This document shows positions 50,789-61,041 of a stretch of 64,000 nt of DNA, in pieces. Origin of the DNA: Candidatus Bathyarchaeota archaeon (GTDB lineage: Archaea; Thermoproteota; Bathyarchaeia; Bathyarchaeales; Bathycorpusculaceae); assembly GCA_963702095.1 (NCBI GenBank), contig OY969706.1:544001-608000 (forward strand), read 5' to 3'. The notes beneath the pieces were generated by a model. That model saw only the letters and a list, made by a program, of their open reading frames with translations. It was not told the origin of the DNA and made no database searches. The first letter of the stretch is position 1. Every line of letters begins with the position of its first letter. The position numbers and the translations under genes are program-made.

Positions 50789-51694
50789 TCAGTGGGGCGG
50801 CTGAAAAGCAGCGGTACGGCTAGGAGTGGCAGTGATAGCATCCATAGGTCCAGGTTGCTGGCCTAGGAACCAAGCGTACCAATTGCTCCAGAGATTGTTG
50901 TTTACGTCGAAGATAATCCATGACAAATACTCCCAGAGAAAATAGGCTCCCAACGCTAAAATAATTACGCCTACGATTTTTAAGTTGAGCACTGGCGGTT
51001 TGCCTCGGCTGTATGCTACGGTGTAGCCTGCCGTGAAAATTGCTAATGCCAACAGCCCCGCAATAGTCAAGACAAAACTGACTTCGTTTATGGGGTAGTT
51101 GGTTACGCCGCTCCATCCGGGGTAGGAAATGATTGAGAGCCAGATGCTTGTGTTTGTCAGCCAGAAGACAAAGATTAACAATGTGCCGGTTATCAGCGCC
51201 CACTTTGCCGCGTTTTGGGGTTTGTTTGGGTTTAGCTTGAAGGCGAAGATTAGCAATATGATGGGGAAGACGATGGCTTCCATGACGCTTGGGATAGGGC
51301 TGATCATTACGCCGATGAGGGATACGGCTGGCCCCGTTATTGAAGTGTAGACTTCTACGCCTGCGGTGGCGGCTAAGCCGAACCAGTAGATGGCTTCCAG
51401 AATCAAGATTGCTTTTAGGATTCTGTAGAGTTTGTTGGTTGGAGGCATTTCTTTTCTGAAGTAGTATGCCACTGCGGATACGGCGATGATGCTGGCGACT
51501 AATCGAGTTGCCATTCCCACTGCCGCTACAACGTCTTCTATGTAAATGTAGAATGCGAAGGTGGGGTTGTTTGTGATGCGTTCCCACTCGCCCCACCAGT
51601 TGAGGTTGAACATGCTGTGTATGTTGAATAAGAGGTAGGCGAGGGCAACGATTAGTAACCCTACTTTTAACGGTGTGATTTTCAGAGGCGACAT
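50789..51694 (-). CDS. Multi-pass membrane protein (3' end possibly frameshifted)
   Basis: About 7 hydrophobic helices. Confidence 0.7.
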   Translation of the reverse strand: MSPLKITPLKVGLLIVALAYLLFNIHSMFNLNWWGEWERITNNPTFAFYIYIEDVVAAVGMATRLVASIIAVSAVAYYFRKEMPPTNKLYRILKAILILEAIYWFGLAATAGVEVYTSITGPAVSLIGVMISPIPSVMEAIVFPIILLIFAFKLNPNKPQNAAKWALITGTLLIFVFWLTNTSIWLSIISYPGWSGVTNYPINEVSFVLTIAGLLALAIFTAGYTVAYSRGKPPVLNLKIVGVIILALGAYFLWEYLSWIIFDVNNNLWSNWYAWFLGQQPGPMDAITATPSRTAAFQPPH

Positions 51695-51819
51695 ATTATC
51701 CCTAGTTTGCCAATAAATCAATCGTTAAATTGGATATATTATACTTGTGGTAAAAAAAATTACCCATCGGTTATAAATACTGAAGGCATTTATTATTGAT
51801 TTGAAAGAGGCGTGTTAGC

Positions 51820-52053
51820 TTGGCGTTAACGGACAAAAACATAACCTATCTCTTGTATGCCGTTGAAGGAATAGGCGCTGCCTTCGTCGGATTGTTTTTA
51901 GCTGCGTACCTCGGAGGATTATTTGTGATTCCCCAAACAACAGTATTCCACTCAGACCCCACGGTGAAACTAACGTTGGGCGTTTTAGGCGGCATCCTGC
52001 TGGCGCTGATATTGACTTCTGTAGTCTCGGCAATTATAAAAAGAAAGCAATAA
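51820..52053 (+). CDS. Small two-TM membrane protein
   Basis: TATA box and GAGG upstream of TTG; two hydrophobic helices. Confidence 0.65.
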   Translation: MALTDKNITYLLYAVEGIGAAFVGLFLAAYLGGLFVIPQTTVFHSDPTVKLTLGVLGGILLALILTSVVSAIIKRKQ

Positions 52054-52140
52054 CCCATTTTTGTTGCCCCCCTTAGCAGTCACATAAACTTAATGTGTCG
52101 CCATCCCTAACACCTAAATGACCCTTTAGGAGGTGGATTT

Positions 52141-52488
52141 TTGAAGAAAGAAAACGAAGAGGTAATTTCAGCCACATCCAACAAAGGCGACACCAGTTTT
52201 ATGGCATGCAAAACCGACGAAGAAAATAAAACTAAAACCTGCATGGACGTTGAAAACCCCGAGCCCCTCTCAACCAAGGCGTCTGGCAGCAAAGTTATGC
52301 TTGACAATAACACCTACGATTTGATGGAGCAACTTTTAATCGAGAACAAAAGCCTCTGGCGCATAAAGAACAACTACAAAAACGACTCTGCTATGGATAA
52401 TGAAACCCGTGAGGTCTGGAGTTTCATCGAGAAGGACAAAGAAGAACTCGTCAAGATGCTTACAGAAAAACTAAAAGAGCGCCTCTAA
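52141..52488 (+). CDS. Small helical (ferritin-like half-bundle) protein
   Basis: GGAGGTGG SD; DNNTYDLMEQLLIENKSLWRIK. Confidence 0.55.
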   Translation: MKKENEEVISATSNKGDTSFMACKTDEENKTKTCMDVENPEPLSTKASGSKVMLDNNTYDLMEQLLIENKSLWRIKNNYKNDSAMDNETREVWSFIEKDKEELVKMLTEKLKERL

Positions 52489-52598
52489 ACCTCAACACTC
52501 GATTTCTTCGTAAATACCAAAAAAAGTTTTCTGTATTAACCAATTTACCTTTTGAATGCCATTACTATATTCAAAATTTACATCCCGAAGATACTTCT

Positions 52599-53237
52599 CT
52601 AACTTTTCCCGCTGAAAACTTGGCGTTCACCCTCATGAAACAGGTACACTTCACCAATCACGGAGAGTTTGCCGTTGCCACAGACAAGCGCCGACCCCGC
52701 GGGCAAAGCAAAAATCGGGGTCTCAAAAGAGAACCGTTTGAGCGCTTCATCTTTCTGCGGTGTATAATGCGCTTTTAGGGTTATGTCAACTATGCCCAAG
52801 CCGTCGAGGACCCTTACTTTGGAGTTGCTTCGGATGGTTGAGACGAATCTGCTGCAAAGCGCCAAGGCACCTGCGCTTCGCCCCACGATGACTCCACGGT
52901 ATCTTTTCAGTAGCGGTTCAAGCCCAATTGTTCTGGCTCTTTCCATTAAGACGCTGGGTTGTCCGCCCGTTAGATAAATCAGGTTTGAAGCAGCAATCCT
53001 CTCAGCTAAACTGTCCCCTTCGCTGTACTCTATGAAGTCAACGGTGGAGGCGCCGAGGCTTCGCATGTAATCGACGAAGAGTTTGCGTTTCTGGTAATGC
53101 CTATCAAACGATGCTCTTGCCCAAGGAAACACCAGCACCCTCCGTGGTTGAGCGGTGTCTTCGAAGGCTTTCTGGTTAATTTCTTTGGCGCTTCTGCGGT
53201 AGACGTTTTCTCCGCCTAAAAGGTAGAGTTTGGGCAT
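52599..53237 (-). CDS. Peptidase S51 (dipeptidase E-like)
   Basis: IYLTGG, GRSAGA, KAHY. Confidence 0.85.
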   Translation of the reverse strand: MPKLYLLGGENVYRRSAKEINQKAFEDTAQPRRVLVFPWARASFDRHYQKRKLFVDYMRSLGASTVDFIEYSEGDSLAERIAASNLIYLTGGQPSVLMERARTIGLEPLLKRYRGVIVGRSAGALALCSRFVSTIRSNSKVRVLDGLGIVDITLKAHYTPQKDEALKRFSFETPIFALPAGSALVCGNGKLSVIGEVYLFHEGERQVFSGKS

Positions 53238-53271
53238 AGAAGATTAATGTCGGGGTAAATTAAAAGGGCTG

Positions 53272-53973
53272 TTATGCCACAACCGCGAGGCATTTTTCGA
53301 GGTTAGCCGCTGATGCATCGTTTAATGAGTAGACGATTTTTAACCCATCATTCACTTGTGCAATCAACTGGGTGCTTTTGAGGGTTTTCATCTGCCAAGT
53401 CAGCGCCTGCGAAGTAATCGCCACTTCCCCCGCCAACTTCCCATGTGATAAGGCGCCTCTGCAACGCAGCGCCTCCAAAATCCTCCGTGTTGTACGGTGC
53501 CGTAGCAGGCAAATCAATGCCATATCCCGCTTACTAAACCGCTTCGTAACGAAAAACCGCTTGTAGCGTCCATCCCGCACAAACGAAACCAACCCTGACC
53601 GGATCAGCACACCGAGATGGTATTCCGCCAACCCCACTGGGAGACAAAGGGCACTGGCTAGGGCGCGGAAGCCGACGCCGGGGTTTTGGTTGATGTAGGT
53701 GTAGATTTGGCTTCGGGTGGTGTTGACTAGTGTGGTTTGACTGATTGCTGGGGCTTGAACGGTCAAGACGGGGGTGACGCCTAGATACGTGTACTCGTTT
53801 ATGGTTACAGCCTGGAGTCCCCGTAAGCTGGAGATGTGGACTTGAGTGGTTTGTCCTTCGGTGTAGGTGTAGTGGAAGTTTTGCTGTTCATAGAGTTGGG
53901 TAACAAAGCAGCCCACTATAATCGCCGTTAACGCCAAACTGGCTAAGAGTGTTAGTGCCCGTTTAGGTTTCAA
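53272..53973 (-). CDS. Membrane-anchored double winged-helix regulator
   Basis: N-terminal TM; RSQIYTYINQNPG, EYHLGVL, second wHTH. Confidence 0.75.
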   Translation of the reverse strand: MKPKRALTLLASLALTAIIVGCFVTQLYEQQNFHYTYTEGQTTQVHISSLRGLQAVTINEYTYLGVTPVLTVQAPAISQTTLVNTTRSQIYTYINQNPGVGFRALASALCLPVGLAEYHLGVLIRSGLVSFVRDGRYKRFFVTKRFSKRDMALICLLRHRTTRRILEALRCRGALSHGKLAGEVAITSQALTWQMKTLKSTQLIAQVNDGLKIVYSLNDASAANLEKCLAVVA

Positions 53974-54082
53974 AGTTTTCCCTGTTAGGAACTCTGTGTT
54001 TAGGTTTTTAACCTTATTTGTAAACGACTGTACTAGTAAAAAAACCTTATGTCCTATAAACCGAGTATACCATCGATGCAAA

Positions 54083-54232
54083 ATGGCGCTAGCCCAAGGC
54101 TATGTTGAGTATAAACGCAGAAAATTCTGCACACGCCAAAAATGCGGCGCCACCTGCCTCTACACCACCCTACAGTTCCACCAATGGCTCAATGAAAAAG
54201 GCTACTTGATCCTTAAACTAGAAGAAAAATAA
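54083..54232 (+). CDS. Small Cys/His protein
   Basis: 49 aa MALAQGYVEYKRRKFC...C...QFHQWLNEKGY; TATAAA upstream. Confidence 0.5.
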   Translation: MALAQGYVEYKRRKFCTRQKCGATCLYTTLQFHQWLNEKGYLILKLEEK

Positions 54233-54268
54233 GAAGGTTGAAAAATCAACCGTTGTTTTAGACAAAAT

Positions 54269-54853
54269 TTAGGCTTGGGCTGCCGTCACCGCAACATCGA
54301 AACTGTAGCTGAATTGCTGGTCTGGCGTGTAGTTGGCGTTGTTAGGTGTTAAGAAAGCTATCAGTGACATGTAGTAGTATTGTCCGGGTTGGATGGGTTG
54401 TTGGCTTGTGGCTTGGTCGGCTCCAAAAGCGCCGTTGATGGTGCCAAAGTACCCGCAGGTCAAGGTTAAGTCGACGTTTGAAGGCACGTTTTTGCTAGTT
54501 ACTGCTGCATTTACTGATATGGGGACTGTGCCGTCATTGTGGACAACTACGCATGTGGGTATCCAACCAGCGTTGTGGCCGCTTAAGGGGTCAACGACGA
54601 CGGTGTTGAGGGCGCCGTTGGTTATGGTTGTGGGGTAGGCTGTGCCGTTAGGAAAAAAAAGCGAGAATTGAACCGTTGGAGTGTTGCTGCTTGTGGTGGG
54701 GGCGGCGGTGGGTCCTGTTGGGGGGAGGTTGTGGGGGTATTTGGCGTTTCCTGATACATGAATCATCTGTGTTTGGTTTACGGCTGCAGCTACTAAGGGG
54801 ACTGCGATCACTAAAATCAGTCCGATTGCTAAAAAAAGGAACTTTCGATTCAT
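54269..54853 (-). CDS. Secreted hypothetical protein
   Basis: Signal peptide, P/T linker, beta-rich domain; GAGGTG SD. Confidence 0.7.
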   Translation of the reverse strand: MNRKFLFLAIGLILVIAVPLVAAAVNQTQMIHVSGNAKYPHNLPPTGPTAAPTTSSNTPTVQFSLFFPNGTAYPTTITNGALNTVVVDPLSGHNAGWIPTCVVVHNDGTVPISVNAAVTSKNVPSNVDLTLTCGYFGTINGAFGADQATSQQPIQPGQYYYMSLIAFLTPNNANYTPDQQFSYSFDVAVTAAQA

Positions 54854-55082
54854 TTGTTCACCTCTAAAAACCGATAATTAAGTATAGGTTTTGTCAGATT
54901 TATACTTACAGTTCAACTGAAAAGGTAACTTTGACATACTATAAATATTAATCCGCGAATTGTTTTGAACAAAATAATTCAGGCACCAAAAAAGCGTGCT
55001 ATAACTGCAAACTATACAGTTAATTGGCGGGAAAGCACTACACAGGAACCTAAACGACTAAGGATAAGTCATTCTAAGTCCA

Positions 55083-55208
55083 TTACTCGAATGCGGTGTG
55101 GAGTTCCACGTTTTTGCAGTTAGGACACTGGTAAAAAACGATTGTGCCGTCTTCGGATATTTCTCCTCTGGATTCCATCGCGGTTTTACAGTATGAGCAT
55201 TTGTACAT
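55083..55208 (-). CDS. 41-aa Zn-finger microprotein (below the ORF-track cut-off)
   Basis: MYKCSYCKTAMESRGEISEDGTIVFYQCPNCKNVELHTAFE; CxxC + CPxC; TTATAT upstream. Confidence 0.65.
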   Translation of the reverse strand: MYKCSYCKTAMESRGEISEDGTIVFYQCPNCKNVELHTAFE

Positions 55209-55392
55209 TATTTCACTTTCAGTAGGTTTAGATGTCTACTGTTTGAGTGGATATAAGGTTGATTGTGAAGTTATCTTAACTTTTCATAAACACCTTGACA
55301 AACGTTCCACACGCTAAACGCTCTATCTGCACCCAGCCAAAAGCATAAAGTTATTTAATTCTTCAGCCAACCTCTCTCTCGGAGAAATCACA

Positions 55393-56190
55393 ATGGAGTG
55401 GGGCATGCAAAACCGCTTAAGCAGGCTATTCCAGAAAGATGGAAAAGCATTATTTTTACCCATAGACCACGGGTACTTCCAAGGCCCAACACACTGCCTC
55501 GAAAAACCCGGAGAAACCATAAAACCAATCATCCAATACGCCGACGGCTTAATGCTCACACGAGGTGTCTTACGGAACTGTGTCAGCCCAGCAATCGACA
55601 AACCCGTCATCATGCGGGTCTCCGGCGCAGTCTCAGTAGTTGGAGAAGACTTAGCCAACGAAAGCGTAGTCACCTCGATTGGGGAAATCCTCCGCTTAAA
55701 CGCCTCAGCCGTATCAATGTCAGTTTTCGTCGGGACAAAATACGAAAACAAAAGCTTAACCAACCTCGCAAAACTCATCGACGAATGCGAAGACTACGGT
55801 GTACCAGTCATGGCAGTATGTGCAGTCGGCAAAGAACTAGAAAAACGAGAAGCACGCTACCTTGCCTTAGCAGCCAGAATCGTTGCAGAGATCGGCGCAA
55901 GAGTCGTCAAAACCTATTACTGTAAAGAAAAATTCGAGAAAATCGTCGAAGGCTGCCCAGTTCCAGTTGTAATTGCAGGCGGACCCAAAACTGAAACTCA
56001 GCGGGAAGTCTTCGACTTCGTCTATGATGGCTTGCAGAAGGGTGCGGCAGGTGTCAACTTGGGACGCAACATCTGGCAGACCCAGTACCCCGTTGCTTCC
56101 ATCCGTGCTATCCGTGCTATAATCCACGACGGCTACAATGTGCAGGAAGCCGACGACCTCTACAACCAAATAGTGGCGGGCAAAGCCTAA
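55393..56190 (+). CDS. lsrF: Class I DhnA-family aldolase/thiolase, LsrF-like
   Basis: MEWGMQNRL, DHGYFQGP, VKTYY, VVIAGGPK, GRNIWQ. Confidence 0.8.
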   Translation: MEWGMQNRLSRLFQKDGKALFLPIDHGYFQGPTHCLEKPGETIKPIIQYADGLMLTRGVLRNCVSPAIDKPVIMRVSGAVSVVGEDLANESVVTSIGEILRLNASAVSMSVFVGTKYENKSLTNLAKLIDECEDYGVPVMAVCAVGKELEKREARYLALAARIVAEIGARVVKTYYCKEKFEKIVEGCPVPVVIAGGPKTETQREVFDFVYDGLQKGAAGVNLGRNIWQTQYPVASIRAIRAIIHDGYNVQEADDLYNQIVAGKA

Positions 56191-56213
56191 CCTTTCCCTT
56201 TTTTGGTGATTTT

Positions 56214-57242
56214 TTGTTAGCTGCTTTTTACTACAACAACCATGATGTTCGTATCCAGGAGATTCCTACCCCTAAAATCGGCGAGGAAGAGGTGTTGCTC
56301 AAAGTTATGGCGAGCGGCATCTGCGGCAGCGACGTCATCGAATGGTACCGTGTGCCCAAGGCGCCGCGTGTTTTGGGTCACGAAGCCACAGGCGTCTTGA
56401 CTCAAGTTGGTGCTAAAGTCAAGGATTACACAGTGGGTGACCGCGTATTCGTTTCACACCACGTCCCCTGCTATGAGTGTCGCCACTGCATACGCGGCAA
56501 CCAAACCGCCTGCCACACACTCCACACCACCAACTACTACCCCGGTGGCTTCGCACAATACGTCCAAGTTCCAAAAATCAACGTGCAACATGGCATCTAC
56601 AAACTCCCAGAAGCCATGAGCTTCGAGGAAGGCACCTTCATCGAGCCTCTCGCATGTGTCTCCCGCGGACAACGGTTGGCAGCGCTAAAAAGCGACGACA
56701 CCGTGCTCGTCATCGGCAGCGGCATCTCGGGCATACTCCATGTGCAGCTTGCCAAATTCAAAGGCGTAGAACGCGTCATAGTAGCTGACATCAACCCCTA
56801 CCGCCTTGACCTGGCGAAGAAATTCGGTGCTCACTATGCGCTAGACGCAAAAGCCAACCTGCCGGAGAAACTCAAAGAAATCAACGACGGCCACCTAGCT
56901 GACCAAGTCATCGTCTGCACAGGCGCAACCTCCGCGGCACTGTCGGCGATGGACTGCGTGGAAAACGGCGGAACCATCCTCTTCTTCGCAGTGCCCGAAC
57001 CAACGGTGAAGTTGCCTGTGCCCATCAACCAGTTCTGGCGCAACGAAATCACCATGCGCACCAGTTACGGCGCCGCCCCCAACGACATCGAAGACTCACT
57101 CCATGTACTCTCAACGGGCGAGTTAAACGTCAAAGACATGATTACACATCGTTTACCCCTTACCGAGGCACAGGAAGGCTTCCGACTGATGGCTGAAGCA
57201 GGCAACTCGCTCAAAGTAATTTTGGTTCCCAACAGAGAATAG
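56214..57242 (+). CDS. Zn-dependent alcohol/polyol dehydrogenase
   Basis: CGSD, GHE, CxxCxxC...C, GSGISG. Confidence 0.9.
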   Translation: MLAAFYYNNHDVRIQEIPTPKIGEEEVLLKVMASGICGSDVIEWYRVPKAPRVLGHEATGVLTQVGAKVKDYTVGDRVFVSHHVPCYECRHCIRGNQTACHTLHTTNYYPGGFAQYVQVPKINVQHGIYKLPEAMSFEEGTFIEPLACVSRGQRLAALKSDDTVLVIGSGISGILHVQLAKFKGVERVIVADINPYRLDLAKKFGAHYALDAKANLPEKLKEINDGHLADQVIVCTGATSAALSAMDCVENGGTILFFAVPEPTVKLPVPINQFWRNEITMRTSYGAAPNDIEDSLHVLSTGELNVKDMITHRLPLTEAQEGFRLMAEAGNSLKVILVPNRE

Positions 57243-57273
57243 AAATAAAAAGCAAATCCATCTACCTTTCTTT

Positions 57274-57891
57274 ATGTCAAGTTTGTATGAAGTGATCCGG
57301 CAAAGGCGTAGCATCCGCAAATACCAATCCAAAGAAGTGCCTGACTCGAAAGTTCTCGAGGTTTTAGAGGCGACTGGCTGGGCTCCTTCCGCTCATAATT
57401 CGCAGCCTTGGCGGTTCATATTTCTGCGTGACTCCAAAGTCAAATATGAATTGGCTGAGCGGATGGCTGAAGCCTGGGCAGCCGACTTGGTCCATAATGG
57501 ATATGAGATTGATGAAAGAATGCACCAAGAACGTATGAAGCGGTTTGCAAAGTCGCCAGTTATGGTTCTTGCGTGTTTGACTATGGAGGGTCTGAGGAAA
57601 TTTTCCGATGAGCGACAGGTAATTGAACGCGATTTGGCTGTGGAGAGTTTAGCAGCCGGGATAGAGAACCTGTTGCTGGCGGCGCATGCGGCGGGTTTGG
57701 GGGCTTGCTGGTATTGTGCACCCGCATTTTGCAAAGACATTGTCCGTGAAGTGCTCAAGATTCCCAGTGAAGTAGAGCCTTCGGCGTTGATTGTAATGGG
57801 GTATCCAGCCGAGAAGACGCCTACGCCGCCCAAAAAAGCCCTAAAAGAATATTGTTACCTTGACGTTTGGGGTCAACCTTTAGATTTTTAA
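57274..57891 (+). CDS. Nitroreductase-family protein
   Basis: RRSIRKY, APSAHNSQPWRF, GLGACW. Confidence 0.9.
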   Translation: MSSLYEVIRQRRSIRKYQSKEVPDSKVLEVLEATGWAPSAHNSQPWRFIFLRDSKVKYELAERMAEAWAADLVHNGYEIDERMHQERMKRFAKSPVMVLACLTMEGLRKFSDERQVIERDLAVESLAAGIENLLLAAHAAGLGACWYCAPAFCKDIVREVLKIPSEVEPSALIVMGYPAEKTPTPPKKALKEYCYLDVWGQPLDF

Positions 57892-58274
57892 ATCCAGTCA
57901 GTTTTAATTTCTTTGACAGCCTTAAAATGTGGGTCATCAGAGAGGCAAGTTGCGTTTAGAGACAACGCTGTTGCGGCTATAATACTATCAGCCATAGACA
58001 TATTGTACTTTGACCTTAACTCAGCTGATGATTTCGCAATATCAGTTGTGACATCGATTACTTCAAAGTCCTGCTCAACCAATGCTGTTCTTAGCTTGGC
58101 CGTTTCTTTGCCATTCTTTCGGAGTGTAACTTGATAAACCTCATGTAAAACTATTACAGAGACAAACCGTTCTTTTGTAGACCTTGCTTTTTCAGTCAGT
58201 TTCTTACTCTGAACTTCATTTGTCGAATAGTAGCCAGCCATAAAAAACCGTGTATCAAAAACAGCTCTATTCAT
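57888..58274 (-). CDS. vapC: PIN-domain toxin (VapC)
   Basis: VFDT, HE, ADSIIAATA, SDDPHF. Confidence 0.85.
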   Translation of the reverse strand: MNRAVFDTRFFMAGYYSTNEVQSKKLTEKARSTKERFVSVIVLHEVYQVTLRKNGKETAKLRTALVEQDFEVIDVTTDIAKSSAELRSKYNMSMADSIIAATALSLNATCLSDDPHFKAVKEIKTDWI

Positions 58275-58512
58275 CTTGAGCCCTGAGTTCATCAAGCAGT
58301 TTATTGATTTCTTCTACAGTAGCAGAGCCGGCGCCTGAACCAAAGAGGTCGAATGTGGTTAATTTGCGCCTCAGTAATATTCCATCGCCTGTATCGGTAA
58401 CTTGAAGCTTTGTGCCTTCTTCTATTTTGTATTTTCTTCTTAGCTTAACAGGTATTGTTGTTTGGCCTTTTCTTGTAACCAGTACCTCGGCTTCAAATTC
58501 TGCTTCTAACAC
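58267..58512 (-). CDS. vapB: AbrB-type antitoxin (VapB)
   Basis: VTRKGQTTIP..LRRKY.IEEG; overlaps the toxin gene. Confidence 0.85.
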   Translation of the reverse strand: MLEAEFEAEVLVTRKGQTTIPVKLRRKYKIEEGTKLQVTDTGDGILLRRKLTTFDLFGSGAGSATVEEINKLLDELRAQDE

Positions 58513-58616
58513 TCTACTCGCTCTCCTCTTGATAATAGTGCCATTGCACGAGTAGTACTTATAAGAATTTTCTTTTTTGTACTACATTGAGAAACTTGAG
58601 TAAAAAGTCGGCGTTA

Positions 58617-58946
58617 TTACTTTATCATTGTCAACAACATCTTGAACTTAGTCTTCGCCGATAAGGCATGCGGCTGATTTGCAGGCATAATCGTCATTTC
58701 ACCAGGTCGCAGCATAAAGGGTTTGCCTGTAATTGTAACTTCAACGGTGCCGTCCAATACATAAACCAACGCATCGTAAGGCGTTGTATGCTCGCTTAAA
58801 CCCTGACCCTCATCAAACGCAAACAACGTCACGGTTCCAGTTTTCTTGTCGATTATAGTTCGGCTTACAACAGCGCCTCCCTGATAACCGAATAGAGCGG
58901 AGAGGTTTTGGGCTTGTGCAATCAGATTTTCTTTTTCTGCAGACAT
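58617..58946 (-). CDS. Cupin-domain protein
   Basis: FDEGQGLSEHT, MPANQPHAL. Confidence 0.88.
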   Translation of the reverse strand: MSAEKENLIAQAQNLSALFGYQGGAVVSRTIIDKKTGTVTLFAFDEGQGLSEHTTPYDALVYVLDGTVEVTITGKPFMLRPGEMTIMPANQPHALSAKTKFKMLLTMIK

Positions 58947-59000
58947 AACTATCAATGGTGTTTAGTTTTGTTTCATTTAAAAGGACTTGGTAACTTGAGG

Positions 59001-59390
59001 CTATTCTGGTTTGTCCGGTATGAAATCCATTGACATCGAGTTAACACAGTGCCGCGTGTTTTTCTCTGTGAACTGTTCGCCTGTGAAGACGTGGCCAAGG
59101 TGGGCTCCGCAGTTGGCGCATTCAATCTCTGTCCGCATTCCATCCGGGTCGGGCAATCGTTTCACTGCGCCGGGGATTTGGTCGTCGAAGCTGGGCCAGC
59201 CGCAGTTGGCTTCAAACTTGTTTTCGGAGCGGTAGAGTTTGGCGCCGCAGCGTTTGCAGACATAAGTGCCTTTTTCCCAGAACGCATAGTATTTGCCTGT
59301 GAAAGGCATCTCAGTGCCTTTGTGAACGATAACCTGTTCTTCCTCGGGTGTGAGCTCCTTTGGTTTAGTTTGTTCTTGAGAAGACGACAA
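59001..59390 (-). CDS. msrB: Peptide-methionine (R)-S-oxide reductase
   Basis: GTEMPFTG, CGWPSF, HLGHVF, RHCVNS. Confidence 0.95.
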   Translation of the reverse strand: MSSSQEQTKPKELTPEEEQVIVHKGTEMPFTGKYYAFWEKGTYVCKRCGAKLYRSENKFEANCGWPSFDDQIPGAVKRLPDPDGMRTEIECANCGAHLGHVFTGEQFTEKNTRHCVNSMSMDFIPDKPE

Positions 59391-59488
59391 AACAACACAA
59401 CCAACAACATATTGGAGCCGAACGTAAAAAAGGATTCTAAATAACAGATATAAGAGGGCGCTTGCATCTTTTAGTTGAGGTTACTTAT

Positions 59489-59770
59489 ATGGTTGAAATT
59501 ACTAGATTATTTTGGAAGAAAGTTTTCACCAAAGACAACTATGAACTAGGCGAATTGCACAGTGCAGACGTAGATATGGGCACTTGGCAAATCATAAGCT
59601 TATACATCAACTTAAGTGACGAAGCAGCACGTGCACTTGGGTTTAAACAGCCTTTTCTTGGAAAAGTTGTGGTTTGCCTACCAGTTGCCGATGTGAAATC
59701 AGTCGCTGACGTTGCAATCCTAAACCACACGCTCGAGGAACTACGCAACTTAAAACAATGTAAAGAATAA
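59489..59770 (+). CDS. PRC-barrel protein
   Basis: KKVFTKD..ELGE...ADVD..TWQI pattern. Confidence 0.7.
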   Translation: MVEITRLFWKKVFTKDNYELGELHSADVDMGTWQIISLYINLSDEAARALGFKQPFLGKVVVCLPVADVKSVADVAILNHTLEELRNLKQCKE

Positions 59771-59995
59771 CTATCGCTTATGAATCAGCTGGACTTCGTC
59801 TCTGACGCGGTTTCTGCTCCGCCGTTCAGCGTAAAGCGAAAAGACTGCGCCGAACAATGCGACTGTCGACACGATTGCCGCGGCAATGAGAAACGGCGAG
59901 GGCAGACTGGAGGCGGATATGGCGGAAGTAATTATGAGTAAAAGGGCGGATGCAAGCAGGATTAAGAGCAGCAGGATAGGGATGGTTTTCTTCAT
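59771..59995 (-). CDS. Small membrane protein (signal-peptide-like helix fused to anchor-like helix)
   Basis: MKKTIPILLLL...PSPFLIAAAIV...RRSR; GGTGA SD. Confidence 0.55.
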   Translation of the reverse strand: MKKTIPILLLLILLASALLLIITSAISASSLPSPFLIAAAIVSTVALFGAVFSLYAERRSRNRVRDEVQLIHKR

Positions 59996-60036
59996 TTTAG
60001 TCACCGCTTTTTTCTGGTAGGTTTTTGTTTAAAAGA

Positions 60037-60096
60037 TTTCTTGTCAAGGTTTCTTGACTCAGAAACCGAGTTTAGTCCAGAACAGTTGACAAACTA
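60037..60096. other. Back-to-back pair of the 28-bp sites (D on - strand, E on + strand)
   Basis: TTCTGAGTCAA-GAAACC-TTGACAAGAAA (-) and AGTTTAGTCCA-GAACAG-TTGACAAACTA (+). Confidence 0.65.
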
Positions 60097-60130
60097 AACC
60101 CCTTATATAGTAGTGGAGAGGTTTTCGGTT

Positions 60131-60260
60131 CTGCTTGAGGTTTGCTCCACAACCAGCATGCAACCCAAATCCGTTGCAGAACAAAAAACACATCCGCCCA
60201 CCAAGCCCATGGGAAGAAGAAGAGTAAGGGGGACACTGCCTTCTTCTAAGACTAGAAAAG
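60131..60260 (+). repeat. Intergenic repeat family B, copy 2
   Basis: Ungapped match to 17541-17670; TTATATA box about 20 bp upstream. Confidence 0.8.
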
Positions 60261-60465
60261 CAAAAAGCCCAAACCTGATCCCAATAATGTAAGCGTATAA
60301 TAGTGGTGGTTTTGCGTCGGCGACCGCTAATTTGCGTTTTCAATACATCCCCATAGGCATGGAAGAATCATCTGCCGTAATGCTCAAACTTTATCTACTT
60401 CACACCAGCATTTTTGAGAACAATGCACTTACAGGTGCCATCCGATTAACACAGGTGTATCCTTT

Positions 60466-61041
60466 ATGACTGAGGTAACAACAAATCAAACCCAGCAGGG
60501 TAAGGATCAACCGATAAAAGCATCGGAAATTGACCCGAAATTCAAGTATGAGCTCCAGAAAATCCATGGAAGCGAAAACATCCTCAAATGCTTCCAATGT
60601 GGCACATGCACCTCTGACTGCCCAGTTGCAAGGTTCAGCGATTCCTACCGCCCACGTACTCTCATTCACATGGCGCAGTTGGGGCTAAAAGACCGCGTTT
60701 TAAATAGCGACACTCTTTGGTTGTGTGCCGCGTGCTTTACGTGCACAGACCGCTGCCCCCAAGACGTCGAAGTCGCCAACGTGATCCGCGTCTTCCGTAA
60801 CCTTGCTGCTGAGAAAGGCTGCATTCCACAGGTCTTCAAAGACCAAGCTCAGAGCCTAGTTGAAACCGGTTACGCTTACAGGATTCCCGAGTTACGCGTT
60901 AAGAAGCGGGAGCAGCAGGGTTTGCCGCCTCTGCCCAAAGGCAACCCCGAATCCGTGAAGAAGGTGCTTAAGGGCGTTAAATTCTTTGAGCGAACCCAAC
61001 CTTCTAAACCTTCAGGAGAGAACCCGAATGTCAAGCAATAA
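60466..61041 (+). CDS. hdrC: Heterodisulfide reductase subunit C
   Basis: CFQCGTCTSDCP and CAACFTCTDRCPQ. Confidence 0.9.
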   Translation: MTEVTTNQTQQGKDQPIKASEIDPKFKYELQKIHGSENILKCFQCGTCTSDCPVARFSDSYRPRTLIHMAQLGLKDRVLNSDTLWLCAACFTCTDRCPQDVEVANVIRVFRNLAAEKGCIPQVFKDQAQSLVETGYAYRIPELRVKKREQQGLPPLPKGNPESVKKVLKGVKFFERTQPSKPSGENPNVKQ

